From NCBI RefSeq assembly GCF_009914755.1, contig NC_060938.1: DNA of 64,000 nucleotides; one strand, given 5' to 3'. The notes under the pieces were generated by a model that was not told the origin of the DNA, searched no databases, and saw only the letters and a program-made list of their open reading frames with translations. Shown one piece after another: positions 1 to 26,012 of this stretch (its first letter is position 1; every line of letters starts with the position of its first letter). A program made the translations under genes and the position numbers. This DNA comes from the human T2T-CHM13v2.0 reference genome, Homo sapiens.

Positions 1-2109
1 ATATTGGCATTTCCTTTTGGGTATGTAATAAAATAGCATTGATTTTTAAACTATTTATAGTTCTTGTTTTGGTTAAAATAGACTAGCTTTTATCTTCTTA
101 ATTGTCTCCTTTACATCTTCCTTTTTGTTAAAATTAGTCTAATTTTACTATACATATTACCATGCTACTCATCTTATTGACATCCAGCATTCAAATTTCA
201 TAGAATAAAGACTCCAAATAGACAGAGACTTTATCTCCTGCAGTATACTCTAAGAAGATACAAACCTGATCCCAGAAGTATTAATATTTGTATTTAAAAT
301 TAACAATTAAATATTTGCTTGAAGCGACTATAGCAGATAAAGATTGAAATCAATTGAGACAGATACAGAGATAATGACAGAATTATCTAAAAGCATGGTG
401 CTATCAATTAACCTGAATTAACTAAGATAATTTTGTTTACTCAGTTTTACCTTAGATATCAACAGTGATAGTAGGTTCCCTGCTAACCTTCAAACAATGA
501 CACAAGCATAAATATTAGCTACGATATTTTTTCATAAGCTAAAAAAAGCATGATAATTCCATGTGGAACCTAATTTTAAAAACATTTTATCATCCATTCT
601 GAGAATCTCCCACATTTCCAAACAGAACCCCCAAGCCCCTCTCACATCATTCTTTCCTGTTAAGAAAGTCATGAGCTCCTAAACACTTTAACTGGTTTTC
701 TTCTTGAAGGACAGAGACTCGTGGAGGGAAATCGCCATAAGCAAAGTAGCGCAGAGTGAAACACCATTTTTCTTGCAGGTGTCAGAGCAGAGAGATTTGG
801 GGCGCTTGCCTGACTGGAGCTGCGTTGTCTGTGACAGTAAATATCCTGGCACAGCAGTGACTACAAAGTGCAACCTGTTTTTTCTCTGTGCATTGTGTGG
901 GTTGGGATTTTTCATTTCATACTTCATTTGCACCTGCTGAGTGATGCCACAGAATGGCAAGACTCCATCTCCTCCCACTTAGGAAGCAGCACATTACGCA
1001 CAGCAGTGGCACCCATGCCAGTCATCAAGGCCCTGGCCTAATCCTTGTTGTGAGCGCAGAACTATCTTCCTTTTGCAGTCCTGCATAGGTGATAAAAGAA
1101 AAGTACTAAGATTTGATTAATAAGGATACAAAACAAAAGTAGCCTGCAATTCACTCTCTCACTCTCTTTACTTTTTAATTATATCTGCTCACCAATGCTT
1201 GGTTTCCATCAAATGCTGTTTTTCAAGAAAAAGTAGTGTCCTTTAAATATAGAGTATAATTAACAGGCAGTCAGGGAGGGAGAGATGTGAATCACTTTTA
1301 AAATTTTGGGATTACCCCTGTTATGCCTTGTATGATAATTATTTTAAATCTAAATATTTATCAAACATTTCAACATGATTTGAAAACATGCACACGTCAA
1401 TGTTTAAACAACCTGTCTATACTTAGAAGGCCTACTTTTTACTGAGGACATGCTCACATTCACTAGTGGAAAAGTATGCCTGGAATACTAAACACTGATT
1501 TAAACATAAGCTTAGTGGAAAATACATATCACATTCAAATTAAGTAATTTCTGAAAGAAAATCAGAAATAAAAAAAGAGAATCTGGATTTATGAAACGTT
1601 CCCTCAAAGAGACCAAAGACATATTGGACTCTTGAATGAAATTGATTAACCCATCATTTCTAAGATATATCTGGAAATATATACATATATATATAATTAT
1701 ATTAAGGAAAACAAAACAAACACCTAAAAATAATAAGGATCTACTTAAAGCAAAAATGTCCTATTCAGAATATTAAGTGTACTTAAAAGCATGGTAACAC
1801 AGTCAGGAACTGTACTGAGTCCAATTCATCACAAGATTATACTAGAAAGAATGCTATTGAAAGAGTCTATGCAATATGTGATTGAATAACAGATGATTCT
1901 CACAGTTACGAAGGGGTAGATCATTTCATAATTTAAAAGATCCTGCATAATTTTAGGAACAAGGGTGTAGAGTGGACTTAGATCTTCTGCAGAGTACTCT
2001 GAGAAGAGACTAAAATGTTAGTAAATGTAATAAGTGAACTTTTCTTCTTGTAAATATGGTCTTTCTTTAGAGATCTTTGAACAATCTGGAAAAGTTAACT
2101 ATTGTGACG

Positions 2110-2320
2110 TGATATACTTTGGATGTCTGCTCCAAGTAGCATGTGGAAATGTAACCCCCCGTGTTGGAGGTGGCCTGGTGAGAGTTGTTTGGATCATGGG
2201 GTCAGATCCTTCATGAATGGCTTGGGCCATCTCCTTGATGATAAGTGAGCTCTCACTTTGATTTCACACAAGATCTGGTCAATTAAAAGTGTGTGTTACT
2301 TTCCTCCCCCACTGCTCATT

Positions 2321-2364
<44 letters not shown>

Positions 2365-2561
2365 TGCTCCCACTTTCACCCTGTGAGCTGCCTGCTCTTG
2401 CTTCGCCTTCTGCCACAATTGAAAGCTTCCTAATGCTTCACCAGAAGCCAAGCAGATGCTAGCACTGCACTTCAGAACCATGAGCCAATTAAACTTCTTT
2501 TCATCATAAATTACCCAGTCTTAGGTATTTCTTTATAGCAATGCAAGAACAGCCTAATAAA
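2110..2561 (+). mobile_element. MSTA-type solo LTR (ERVL-MaLR)
   Basis: Starts TGATATAC.TTGGATG, contains GGATCATGGGG..GATCC.TCATGAATGGCTTG, ends ATAAATTACCCAGTC..GGTATTTCTTTATAGCAATGCAAGAAC.GCCTAATA. 5-bp TSD TGACG (2105-2109) / TGATG (2562-2566). Internal (CT)n at ~2327-2355. Confidence 0.9.
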
Positions 2562-5500
2562 TGATGTTTAGTGATTACATAGAAGCCAATTCATTGCTAA
2601 TCATGAGATTCAAGTTAAGCTTTGAAAAATGCTGATACAAAATAGCTCCTGTAAATGAAAATACCCCTTCACCATTGCAGTCTAATATTTTCCATCCTAC
2701 TGAAAATTAATCGTAAGCATATGTGGATGAAAACCTCATTAAAAGAGCATAGTTCTGTCACAGAAGCATTCTAGTCAACAAAAAATTAACTGTGCTGGCA
2801 AAATTTCATAAAATTCCATCAAATATCCATAACTAATATTAAGAAATTAGAATTAAATACAGTATATGGACAATTTATGACAATCATAGTTGAAACTGCC
2901 TTTGATGATTCAGAAGTTGCCTTATCATTGTGAAAGTGATTAGGAGCAGTGTTATAGGTTGTTTTGCAATGGAAAGCAATAAGGCTAGGTACTATATTAA
3001 GTTACAAAAATTTATTCATTTTTTCAAAACAGTATATGGAAGAACTGCTCTATCTCATGCACTGGGCATGTGTGTGCAATAGGTAACCATACTGACTCTT
3101 CTCTGACCCTCCCCTCAAGGACTTTACACTTTAACACTGAAGATAAATGAAAACCTCAATCCACGACGTAAGTTTTATAGGCATCAAGGGATGTTAACAA
3201 TCTATACGCCCTTCTCAAGAAGACTCAAACCAAGACATCATGACAATCACCACTTTTGATAAATGCCTGGCTATGTTGCAAAAGCAAATTGACTAGGGAA
3301 TTACTCTGAAAATAAACATCCCAGATATACTTACAGCAGGTTAATTTGTTAAGCTATTAAATTATGCTTGCTATCTTGATATATTTCTCCCATCCTTTTT
3401 GATAAGACTGTTCAATTTTGCCTAGGGATTTTTGCCAGGCTGAAAGCAGAAGCTTCTGAGACTAAACATTTCTCACTGCTTTTTACAAACATCTAAACTT
3501 CTTGAGGCAATTAGCCCAAGAGTGCTACACAGGAATGAATAAAATTTATTCTTCTAGGGACAGCAAGAGAGAAAAAAGACATGACCCTGAAATTGGGAAA
3601 TGTCCTTGAAAAGCCTGTGTCAGTTATTCAGCAAGGTGGCTGTTTTCAGTAGATGGGAGCTGTGTCATGCACATAAGGAAATTCTCCTGGTCGGGGGGAG
3701 GAAACAATGGGAGATCTGAACAGGCCATGCGGGCTCCGTAAGTAACGTTTCAGAAGTGAAAGATGGGGACCTAAAACTGGAGGAGATTCTACCATGTTTA
3801 AATATTTCATAGAAACCAGGGAATTTGTACAATATTGCAGGGGAGAGAGAATCTCAGTAACAACTGAGGTAAAATTTCCTTCAGAAAAGATTTGAGTTGA
3901 TTTAAAGAAAATGATGTAATTTGATAATTCTTGTTTTGCTGAGTTTGTAGGTTAAAGTTTATTCTTCATATGGAATTATAACTCATTTCTTCTGGTTCTA
4001 TTCCCCAAAAGGAATAACACATTAACCATGCAACATTTTCAAATTTTCTATTTTAGTAGGCAATGCATATACATGGGACGACATTTAAGATATAGCAGTA
4101 ATTTAAAATAATGTTTTCCCCCAAATAAGCCCTAGTGGAAGAGGGAACTAAGTCAGAGAGCAATGGAGAAGGCTCTCTTTTTTGTGATGCCGGTTTTGGA
4201 AGTATAGATAGTTGCTGACTATCTATACTCTAGTCACAGTCACACCATTATTGTGTGTGTATAGTGTTTGCTTTCTCATTATTTTATTTCTTTTTACATA
4301 TACCTAATGAGAGTATTTACTCATTCTCTATTGTTTTGTCATGTCAGGCAAGACAATTTCCAGACAGCTTTTCCTTTTGACAACGTAGAGTTGCCAAACT
4401 TAGAGAGCCTAAAATGACCTATGACTGTATTGCAGTCAACAAAATATGCTAATATAATGGGATTCTGTGCAAAATATATATTTCAGTAGTCATCTATTTT
4501 AAACAGTTTCTGGTAGCTTAGTAAAAATTTGAGTAACAAAGTTGGAACTATATCTAGACCATCAGTCTACATAATAACAGCTACAGATATCAGGAAATAA
4601 ATTTATTGAAAAGGCAACAGATATTGGTTGTCTGCAGAGAGTTTAGGCAAATTAAATGTCCAAGTATCTATAAGTTATAAAAGCTGTCTATAAGTTATAA
4701 GTTGTCCATAACTAACTACGTAGGTTGCAATGAAATTGCATTGTAAATAATTCCAAAGAGATTGAGAAGAAAATATTCACTTTGGGCTATGGTTTGAAGA
4801 CAACTTCTACTAGAGTTACCAAGGAGCTGGAGTTAACTTACCAAAGAAGAGGATGAGGGCAGCCAGTGCTCCCTGAAACAGTTTGGAAAAAAGAGGCACT
4901 TGGCAGGGCCAAATGCTAACAGTCTGAAGTGTCCACATTAGGGGAAATGTGAATGGAATCTTCCTATATACAGTTCATACCCCCAGTCCACATCAGGAAT
5001 TCTAGTTGTTACCACCATTAAATGAACCTGGAGTCAGAAAAAAAAATCCATTTAAAGACAACTTGGTCATCAGAAATGATTATGAACACCACATCCTTGT
5101 GTCTTGAAGGGAAAGGCAGTCCTGTTACCATCCTTTCAATGGCTTTAGTCTCAGAGAAAAGTCAAATGCAGGAATGCAGACCCTTCTCTAAGAAACCTGG
5201 TCTCGAAAACATGCCCAGCCCCAGAGTCCTGGAAAATAACTTTGGACCAAAATTATAGGTGTTTCAGCAAAGTGTCTTATCATTGATTATGTCAAATATT
5301 AACTTTTAAGGCTTGCCTATTAGACCGACTTTCAGTATATAGTTTTGAGCAAAAAGAGAGATGTTTCCATGTGTTTATATTAAGGCTCTTGGGACAAAGA
5401 TCCATGCAGGCACTGAACAATCTGATCTGGACATGCACACATGATTTCCACACATAGCGCCAATGGGAAAACTGGCAAATTCTGCAAAGAGATGTCCTAC

Positions 5501-6478
5501 ACAGTCGTGAAAGGAAAAATACAGAGGCAAGGTCACCTCTTGCCTCCTCAGTGAGCTTTTTGTTTTCCTTTACCTGGGTTGATTCATAAGAAACCTGAAA
5601 AGGATGGCTTAGTCAAAATCATTCTTAGTATACAAATTACAAAAGAATAAGGGCCCTTCTACTTAAATGATATGGAACAATTAGCACTTGGTAAATATAA
5701 TCTAATAATCCATGAGAACATCAATACATAGTTGTAATCATTTCAGCTTTCTAACACTAAGATGAAAACTGTTTATACAGAATACCTAATCTAATATATG
5801 GGAGTCACATATAAAATAATTAACATCAGGCCTTCTTTAGAGGCTTTGAATCTAGATAAAATACCTGATAATAAAAGCTTTTGTTAAGCCCTTGGTACAC
5901 ATATAAGAAAAGAAATGTCATATTCATAACAGAAGTTGGATAAATTATTCTTACATTTGCTGTGAAAATTGTAGCTTCAGGAAGAGAGCTAATCTTCAGA
6001 AAAGTTCCTGCTGAATTACAATCAGCTCTATCCTTAAAAAAAAGATACGCATGTTTTTGCTGCATAGCATTTTTGTTCAATAAATAGATTTCTAAAATCT
6101 ACATTAGAAGAGGCACTGAGAAAAAAATAATGGACCTGGCCATAAAGTGACAAACATGTAACTTACAGAGTAGCCATTTGTGTTCCTAGTCATATGACAT
6201 TTCATGTTTATATTTATATAGCATTTAATTTAAAGAGTTAATGAAAGAAGGATTTGCTGTATAGTCCTTGAGCATTGCAGTCTCTAGCAATAATTTCTGA
6301 CATGCAAAAGAATTGGATAGAGATTTGAAAATTATTGCTTGAGCTGAACGGGGACAGAGGAGGAAGAAAGAGAGAAAACAATCTAAATGTGATATTTGTA
6401 GAAAATTTTTAGTCTTTCATAGGTAAAATCTCTGACCGTAATCATCAGGTATTCATCAATTCAAAGCTCTTGCTCTTT

Positions 6479-6509
6479 CTGTCTCTCTCTCAAAATATAC
6501 ACACACACA

Positions 6510-6560
<51 letters not shown>
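6479..6560. repeat. (TC)n followed by long (CA)n microsatellite
   Basis: Direct reading; about 30 CA units with one interruption. Confidence 0.97.
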
Positions 6561-6561
<1 letters not shown>

Positions 6562-6789
6562 ATATGCCCAATATATGTGCCCTCTGTTTGGCATCAAATA
6601 GATTTGTTAAGATTATATTTGCCATTAAAAAGGCAGTCGGCATTCAGGAGTCAGGGACATTTGTCTTTCCCTAGAAACATAATTTTATTCTAATTTGGTA
6701 TGTGATGTATAGGTCTTAAAAATAAGCACTATTAAAAATGGCTAGATATACTTAATAGGTACATTGCACCTAGAGCTAATTTTACTTGT

Positions 6790-9700
6790 TTTCATTTTTG
6801 TTTTGAGGATTTTCTTAAATAAACTAATTCAGACATATCCAAAAATATAAAAATAGTAAATAATCACCCATAAGCCCAAAATACAGCTTAAGAAATGTAA
6901 TACCGTAAGTATAGTTAAATGCTCTCTGTCCCTCTTCCCAATTATATCCTTCTTCCTCCCTAGAAGACAGCACCATTCTAAATTAAATGTTTATTATTCT
7001 CGTTGTCTACCTTTATACTGTCACTACTTATATACTTCCAATTAAATATTTGGAGTAATCCTGTGTGTGTTGTTCCCCAAGAAGCTTTTTCACTCAACAC
7101 GTTTGGAAGATTTACTCACAATGACACAAATGGTTCTAGCATAGTTCATTCATTCTTATTACTTGAATTCTACCATACGACTTTTCCACAATTTATCTAT
7201 TCATCCTGCTGATTATAGCTATTTACATTATCTCAAATATTTCCATTTCAAACAATGAACTATGAACACTCTTGTGCACATCTCCTTTTTCTTTTTAAAT
7301 TATTTTATTTTATTTTAAAGTTCCAGGATACATGTGCAGGACATGCAGGTTTGTTACATAGGTAAATATGTGCCATGGTGATTTGCTGCACCTATCAACC
7401 CATCACCTAGATATTAAGCCCCACATGCGTCTCCCTGTGCCCACAACAGGCCCCATGTGTGTTGTTCCCCTCCCTGTGTCCATGTGTTCTCATTGTTCAG
7501 CTCCCACTTGTAAGTGAGAACATGCAGTGTTTGGTTTTCTGTTCCTGTGTTAGTTTGCTAAGGATAATGGCTTCCAGCTCTATCCATGTCCCTGCAAAGG
7601 ACATGATCTCATTCCTTTTTATGACTGCATAGTATTCCATGGTGTATATGTACCACATTTTCTTTATCCAGTCTATCATTAATGGGCATTTGGGTTGATT
7701 CAATGTATTTTCTATTGTAAGTAGTGCTTCAGTGAACATACACATGCATGTATCTTTATAACAGAATAATTTATATTCCTTTGGGACTATACCCAGTAAT
7801 GGCATTGCTGGGTCAGATGGTATTTCTGGTTCTAGGTCTTTGAGGAATTGCCACATTGTCTTCCACAATAATTGAACTAATTTATACCAACAGTGTAGAG
7901 CATTCCTATTTCTCCACATAAGCAATATTATACCTAGGATACATATCTAAGAATTGCTGGGTTTAGTGTATGTCCATTGTCAGGTTTATTAGATAATAGC
8001 CACTCTCTTTAAAATTATTTTATCAAATTTTCAATCATAATAGCACTGTGTAAAAGTTTCCTTTGCTGTATATACTTGTCAACATATTCAACTTTTCACT
8101 TCATGCTAAGCTGTGACATAGAATCTCATTGTGGCTATAATCATCATTTTCTTAGCTATTTATGAAGTTGCATGTCATTTCATGTATGTATTGGCCAATG
8201 ATATGTCTTTCACTCTTTCTATCTCTTTTGCCCACTTCCCACTGGGGTATTCGACTGTTTTACTATTGATTCATAGAAAGCATTGAAATATTCTTGGTAG
8301 TGATCTTTTGTCATCTCTATACACTGTCTCTATACACTACAAATATCTTCATCTAGTCTGTTCTTATGATTTTTCTCTTTTTCACAATGCCTCTTAATGA
8401 ACAGAGGTGTTTAATTTTACTATAATTCATTTTATTAACAATGCCTTAGACTGTTCTAGACTTTTGTGCTTCAAGAAATTCTTTATTATCGAAGTAATAT
8501 CTTTCTTTGTTTTCTTCATAAAGCCGGAAAGTTTTGGATTTTTTAGATCTTCTATTCAAAAGAGCATTTTTGACATTATTGTTTATAATTAAAGATAAGG
8601 ATATTACATGGATAATTAATAAAAGTCCATCCTTCCCCACTGATTTTAAAGGCCTCATCTCACATGTATATAGTTGTATGTGTGTGTTTGTTTGTGCATA
8701 TGTGTGCACACATATCTATGTATGTTATGTGTATCTATATGTATAATATATATAAAAATATATATTTGGCTTTCTATTTGTTTTAATTGGTTCATTAATC
8801 TATGTTAATACCAATACTTCCTTTTCTTAATTACTATTACTTTAAAATTTCTTGATATATAAAAGGGGTATCTCTTTGAGTTGTTCTTTTTTACAAAAGC
8901 TTTTCTGAAAAAGCTGTCTCAGCTTTTTTCCCCTTTGCTCTTCTATATGAATGTTAGACTCATCTTGTCAAGTTCTATATAAATACCGGTAAAATTTGTA
9001 TTGGAATATTGCTTTGAATTTATACATAAATTTTAAGATAATGTATATCTTTCATATTTTGACTTTTTCTATTGCATACAATATATCTCTCCTTTTATTT
9101 AGTTCTTCTTTAATGACTTTCAATAGTTTCATAATTTTCTTCATAAAAGGCTTGCACATCTTTTGTTAAATTTATTCCTACTGTTTTACATTTTAGTTGC
9201 TATTGTAAAATGCTAACCTCTTAAAATTACATTTCAAATGTTTATTACTGGACCTTACACATAATAAATATGTTGAAACCCCCTATTTTAAATAATTTAG
9301 TTGTAATTTCTCTTGAGTTACCTATTAACCTCAAATATAGAGAAAACTGGTTATTCCTTTTAACCTTTATATTTGCTTACTCCAGTTTCTGGGCTTACTG
9401 GTCTGGCTGGTACAATGTAAAATGAGACATTCTTTTCTTATGATTATTTTTAATGGGATTATATTTAATCTCACTGTGTGAGATGTTTGGCAAATTAAAA
9501 TCTTTTTCTATTCCTACTTTTCTAAGAAATATTATCACAAAAGATCATTAAATTTTATTGATTTTGTTTTCTCTTTTTATTGAGTTTATCGTGTGATTTT
9601 TTCTTTATTAATCTGTTAATGTGATTAATTTCTTTAATAGTTTTTTCAGTGGTGCATTATCCTTGCATTTCGGTGATAAAACTCACTTGATCATGATGCA

Positions 9701-10810
9701 TTTTTTATCCATTGTAGATTTTGTTTGCTAATTGATTCGTTTCTAATTTTTTTTTATTCTAAGTTGATGTAGTGGCCTGGCTTCTAATTTTCTTTTTACG
9801 AATTTTCCTTGCAGCTGTCTGATTTTAGTTAAGCTGTTCTGTTAAAGATTTGGAGAATATTCTTGCTTATTCCATTCTCTGGAACAGTGTATTCTATATA
9901 TGGCAATACTGAAGTTACGTGTTACTTGAATATTTGGTATAACTTTGCCTGTAAAATCAGTTTGCCTAGATGGTGGTGGTTGTAGAGGGAGGGGAGGAGG
10001 TTGATTCATGGTAGACATTTTAAAAACTGTTTCAATTTATGAAGTAGTTAGAGATCTTTCAATGTTCTCTACTCCCTAAGTCATATTTTTACAAGTTGTA
10101 TTTTTTAAACAAATCATGCCTTTCATCCAAGTTCTCAAAATTATTGTCAAAAAGATGATCATATTTTTAATGTCTGCTTTGTGTGTGATTAATTCACCTC
10201 AGTTATTGTTTATTCCTGCCTTCTCTCTTTGTCAGTCTTGCTTTTTTCTACTACTTTGAATTTTTCCTGTTGTTCTCTTACTAAGTTCTTAAGTTAGTAA
10301 CTGAGCTCATATTTTTCAACCTTTTTTTGCAATAAATCCCATTTTGAACATTGTTTTAGTCATAGCCCATAACTTTTGATATATTGTATTTTCTTTATTT
10401 TTCAGTTATATTGTCTAATTTCCACTATGACTTCTTTTGTGAGTTATATAGAAGTGCATTATTTCCAAATACACAAAGGTTTCTTCTCCCATAGGATGAA
10501 ATTTTTTTCTGTTCAGTTCTTTTGTTGAGAATTCAGCACTCTGAGGACACTGGCTTTAATCAAGTAGTTCGATGCAAGTCTCACCGTGTTCAATTCAAAG
10601 TCCTTGACTCCTGTTTCTGTGCAGCAACCAAAATCCAATCATCTTGTGATTGGCAATGCCCAAAGCCACAGCTTTTTATTTGCTTCCCAGTTCTTTCTTC
10701 ACTTTCAAGCATTATGGTCCTTTACTTTCTTTCAAGTTAAGTTATATATTTTAAAAATGTTTTGTAGCAGGAAGTTTTCAGACTATCCAGTCAACCATAT
10801 TGCCAGAAAC
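6790..10810 (-). mobile_element. Ancient degraded L1 (L1ME/L1MC-like), interrupted by a younger L1 at 7286-7920
   Basis: T-rich antisense L1-like sequence (e.g. ACTCACTTGATCATGATG, CCATTCTCTGGAACAG, TATTTGGTATAACT); old-L1 5'-end-like motif CAACCATATTGCCAGAA near 10800. Boundaries approximate. Confidence 0.6.
7286..7920 (-). mobile_element. 5'-truncated L1PA8-like 3' end
   Basis: T tail, then GGATACATGTGCAGGACATGCAGGTTTGTTACATAGG. ORF 7497-7925 is the L1 ORF2 C-terminus (QPKCP, IKKMWYIYTMEYY). Confidence 0.9.
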
Positions 10811-11609
10811 AAAAATCTGAACATAGGTGTTCATTTTCACATGGTAGGTTGGAAAAAGTGTAGGGGTGTGAAATTTTTTCCATACTTGTCCTTTTTGCTA
10901 AGTAAATATCATTCTCAAGGGAATATTAATTTGTCAAAAGGGTCTTCATGCAGGAGAGTACATCCATTTCAGTGTAGATTACCGATGGTACTGATTCTTT
11001 TGGCTCTTCGGTGTATCTATCATTTTATCTATAATGCCTTTAGACTCTGGGACTTGGACATCTCTCCCCAGTGCCATAGTATGTCATGTTTAGACGTCAA
11101 AATGGTATTTATTCAGGACCTATATCATTACACAAAAGAGTAAAATTACTTAGAAAATATTCATATAAGGGAACAGTAAAAATAAGTAATTGAGAACAAT
11201 TAGGAAAGAGGTGAGGAAGAATTGGGTAGAAAAATAATAAATCCAAGCAAAAAATTTACCATGCCAAATTAGTATCATACAGCATTGTGCAATTACTGGA
11301 GGTGAACCAAATTTGCAATTTCAAAAGAACAAAAAGCAAGAGAGAACCATTATCCATTACAAGGATCAAAATGTCCCCAGGATTAAAACAGACCAGTTGT
11401 CAAGGTATGTGACCAAATATGATATTATAATAAGGTAAAGCCACATTTAGTCCTGTGTAAACTCTAACACAGTATTACGTAAGCTAAAACATGTGCCCTG
11501 GGCAAAAGCAAACAAACCCGCCAGAAAGTGTTGAAGGATGCAATTGAAATGAAACTTAGGAATAGTATAGAATTTTCCCTATGTTCTGCATACAGGCTAG
11601 ACAAAGTGA

Positions 11610-11707
11610 TTTTTTTCTTTCTCTCTTTTTTTTTTTTTTCTTTTTTGAGACAGAGTCTCTCTGTAGCCCAGGCTCAATTGCAATGGCACAGTCTTCGCTC
11701 AGTTGAG
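11610..11707 (-). mobile_element. Alu 3'-end fragment (tail plus ~55 nt) fused directly to a truncated L1
   Basis: poly-T + GAGACAGAGTCTC.CTGT.GCCCAGGCT...TGCAATGGCAC; Alu similarity ends at ~11705. Confidence 0.85.
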
Positions 11708-11708
11708 G

Positions 11709-16274
<4,566 letters not shown>

Positions 16275-17540
16275 AATGTACTAATTTTTATCAAATATCT
16301 ATAAGTCACATTATAAAACTATAAATGGCTTGGTTTTATGGCAACAGTTGATACACCAAGATTATATTCAGGGCTTCATACATGGAAAGTAAAATCCATT
16401 TAATAAATAAAATCTGCCAAATCTTAAATCATTGAGATAGGGTGTTATTAAAAACTGATTGTATTATATTTTGGTGCATATAAATAGATCAAGAATAAGT
16501 ATTGAGTAACTTACGTTGTATACTAGTGATATAATTTGGAGAATAAATTAAGTGCAAGTCAATAGGAGCCTTACATTTGTGCTGTAATTGATTGATACCT
16601 TCTTGGAATGGAAGCAAGAGATATGCAATACTAATGAAATAAGAGGTATGCAAAAAAAATTAAAGAATATTTTCAAAAGAGCATACAAATATTAAGTAAA
16701 TCTATATAGAGAGACAGAGACATATTAGCAAATAGACTAGCCCTAGGGAAGTTTGGAATAAGAAAACAAGGTGACATTGGTGTACTCTGAGGTAAGGCAT
16801 CCTTTCTAAAGGAAGCAAGTTTTCCATAACCTTGTAAAAAAGAGATGAAGTAGATAAAACAGGTGGAGGAAATACAGGGAATACTAAAAATTATATTTGT
16901 GAAGAAAGTCATGAGAATAAATGATCTGCATGCTGGTAACAGCAATAAGACTCACCTTAACAGAGAGAGAATGAGTTGAGAATAATGCTTGGAGAAAAAC
17001 AAAAAGGGAAAGTGCCTTGGTTTTAGAGATAATGAGGGGTTGAATCAAGGCAGTGATACAATTACAGTAGTCCTTTGTTCTTAACTGTTAAGTAATAGTG
17101 GTTTCTTTAGTTGCATTTTGAGTATTTTGGATTCCAGAAGCCAAGTAGGAAATTATTGTAATAACTAAGTAATCATCAAAACTCAAATAAAAGCAACTTT
17201 TATGAAAGGGGCAGAGGAAAGAAGAAGGCTAATCTATTTGACATTAAAAACAAACAAAAGAAAAACAAAGAATTTGTTTTATGGTAAGGATTGGAGATAC
17301 ATTCTAAAAGGAAGAAGAAAAATAAATAATGTTGCCAATATTTCAACCACAGAGAACTGCGAGTTTGTTGATACAAATGTCAATGAAGTTGGGAACTCTC
17401 GTTGAAGGAAAAGAAGCTAAAACTGTATGTGCAATCTCCAATTAGCTCACATCTATTGCAGCAACTTGCAGGAAACAGAAAGAGTTTAATCTTTCAACCT
17501 AGGAAAAGACTAGCCATTTTTAAACTAAACAAAGTAATTT

Positions 17541-17557
17541 GCCGCCATCTTGTGGCG
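17541..17557 (-). promoter_or_regulatory. Candidate CTCF site overlapping a YY1 motif
   Basis: Minus strand CGCCACAAGATGGCGGC fits CTCF core CCASYAGRKGGCRS with one mismatch; GCCGCCATCTTG is a YY1 consensus; two CpGs retained. Confidence 0.5.
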
Positions 17558-17590
17558 AGTCTGAAAATTACAATATGTTTTAGTTTTTTT

Positions 17591-25018
<7,428 letters not shown>

Positions 25019-25757
25019 TGTTTTAGTATTTTTAGAGAACGTTTCCAAAAGATTTGTAAATATATTTCTCTGAACAATTGTTATAAAGGATTCTCACAAG
25101 ACCATTATACTTGTTTTCCAAAGAAACTACATGATATGTATATATGTATTAAATTGAATTAAATCATATAAACTACATGATATATATATATGTATTAAAT
25201 CGAGATTTCAGCTCAACTTATAGTCAAGTATGGAAAATGTTTAGGGATACATATTTCAGTGTATTCCCTTCTTTTAATGGTTACACAAAAATTAATAAAC
25301 AAAAAAAGTGTTTCAATGACACACTTGTCAACAACTTCAAAATCTGTGGCAGAAAAAGTAAAAGGTACAGGAATCTTTCATTTATGAGATGAGAGTTTAT
25401 GCTTTTAGAAATTACATAATGGTAATAAAAGAACTGATTTCTAGTTTTTCCTTATATTTGATAGTTCTATGACCAATAGAAATTATTTAGCATATTTCAC
25501 CTTTTTTCTATGCTAATCTGTATGTCTCATAAAGGAGAGGTCAAATGAGGTGACATATGTGGCAGCACTTTGAAAACTGTAAAGCTCTATTTTAAAAATA
25601 AAAGATAAAACATTAGTATATGGACAGGGAAATCATAAACTATAAGCCAGAGGATAGTTCATCCATCTGATCAGGAAAATAGGTATCGTGGGCCCCCAGC
25701 CATGACACAGTCTTCCAAGAACCAATGCAATCACCCACAGAAGCATCAGCCAAACCC

Positions 25758-26012
25758 AGGCCTCAGAAATAACACCACACATCTACAACCATCTGATCTT
25801 TGACAAACCTGGCAGAAACAAGCAATGGGGAAAGGATTCCTTATTTAATAAATGGTGTTGGGAAAACTGGCTAGCCATATGCAGAAAGCTGAAACTGGAT
25901 CCCTTCCTTACACCTTATACAAAAATTAATTCAAGATGGATTAAATACTTAAATGTTAGACCTAAACCTGTAAAAACCCTAGAATGTAAAAATTGTAAAA
26001 AAAAAAAAAAAA
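25758..26012 (+). mobile_element. Internal L1PA ORF2 fragment (~225 nt) followed by filler and an A-run
   Basis: GGCCTCAGAAATAACACCACACATCTACAACC...AAACCCTAGAA, then TGTAAAAATTGT and A16; no L1 3'UTR. Confidence 0.9.

Noticed and set aside
10586-11143. 185-aa plus-strand ORF
   Set aside because: Non-ATG start, no recognisable domain, overlaps degraded repeat sequence, no splice context.
11100-11580. Possible L4/RTE-like ancient LINE fragment
   Set aside because: Resemblance from memory only; too diverged to support without a profile search.
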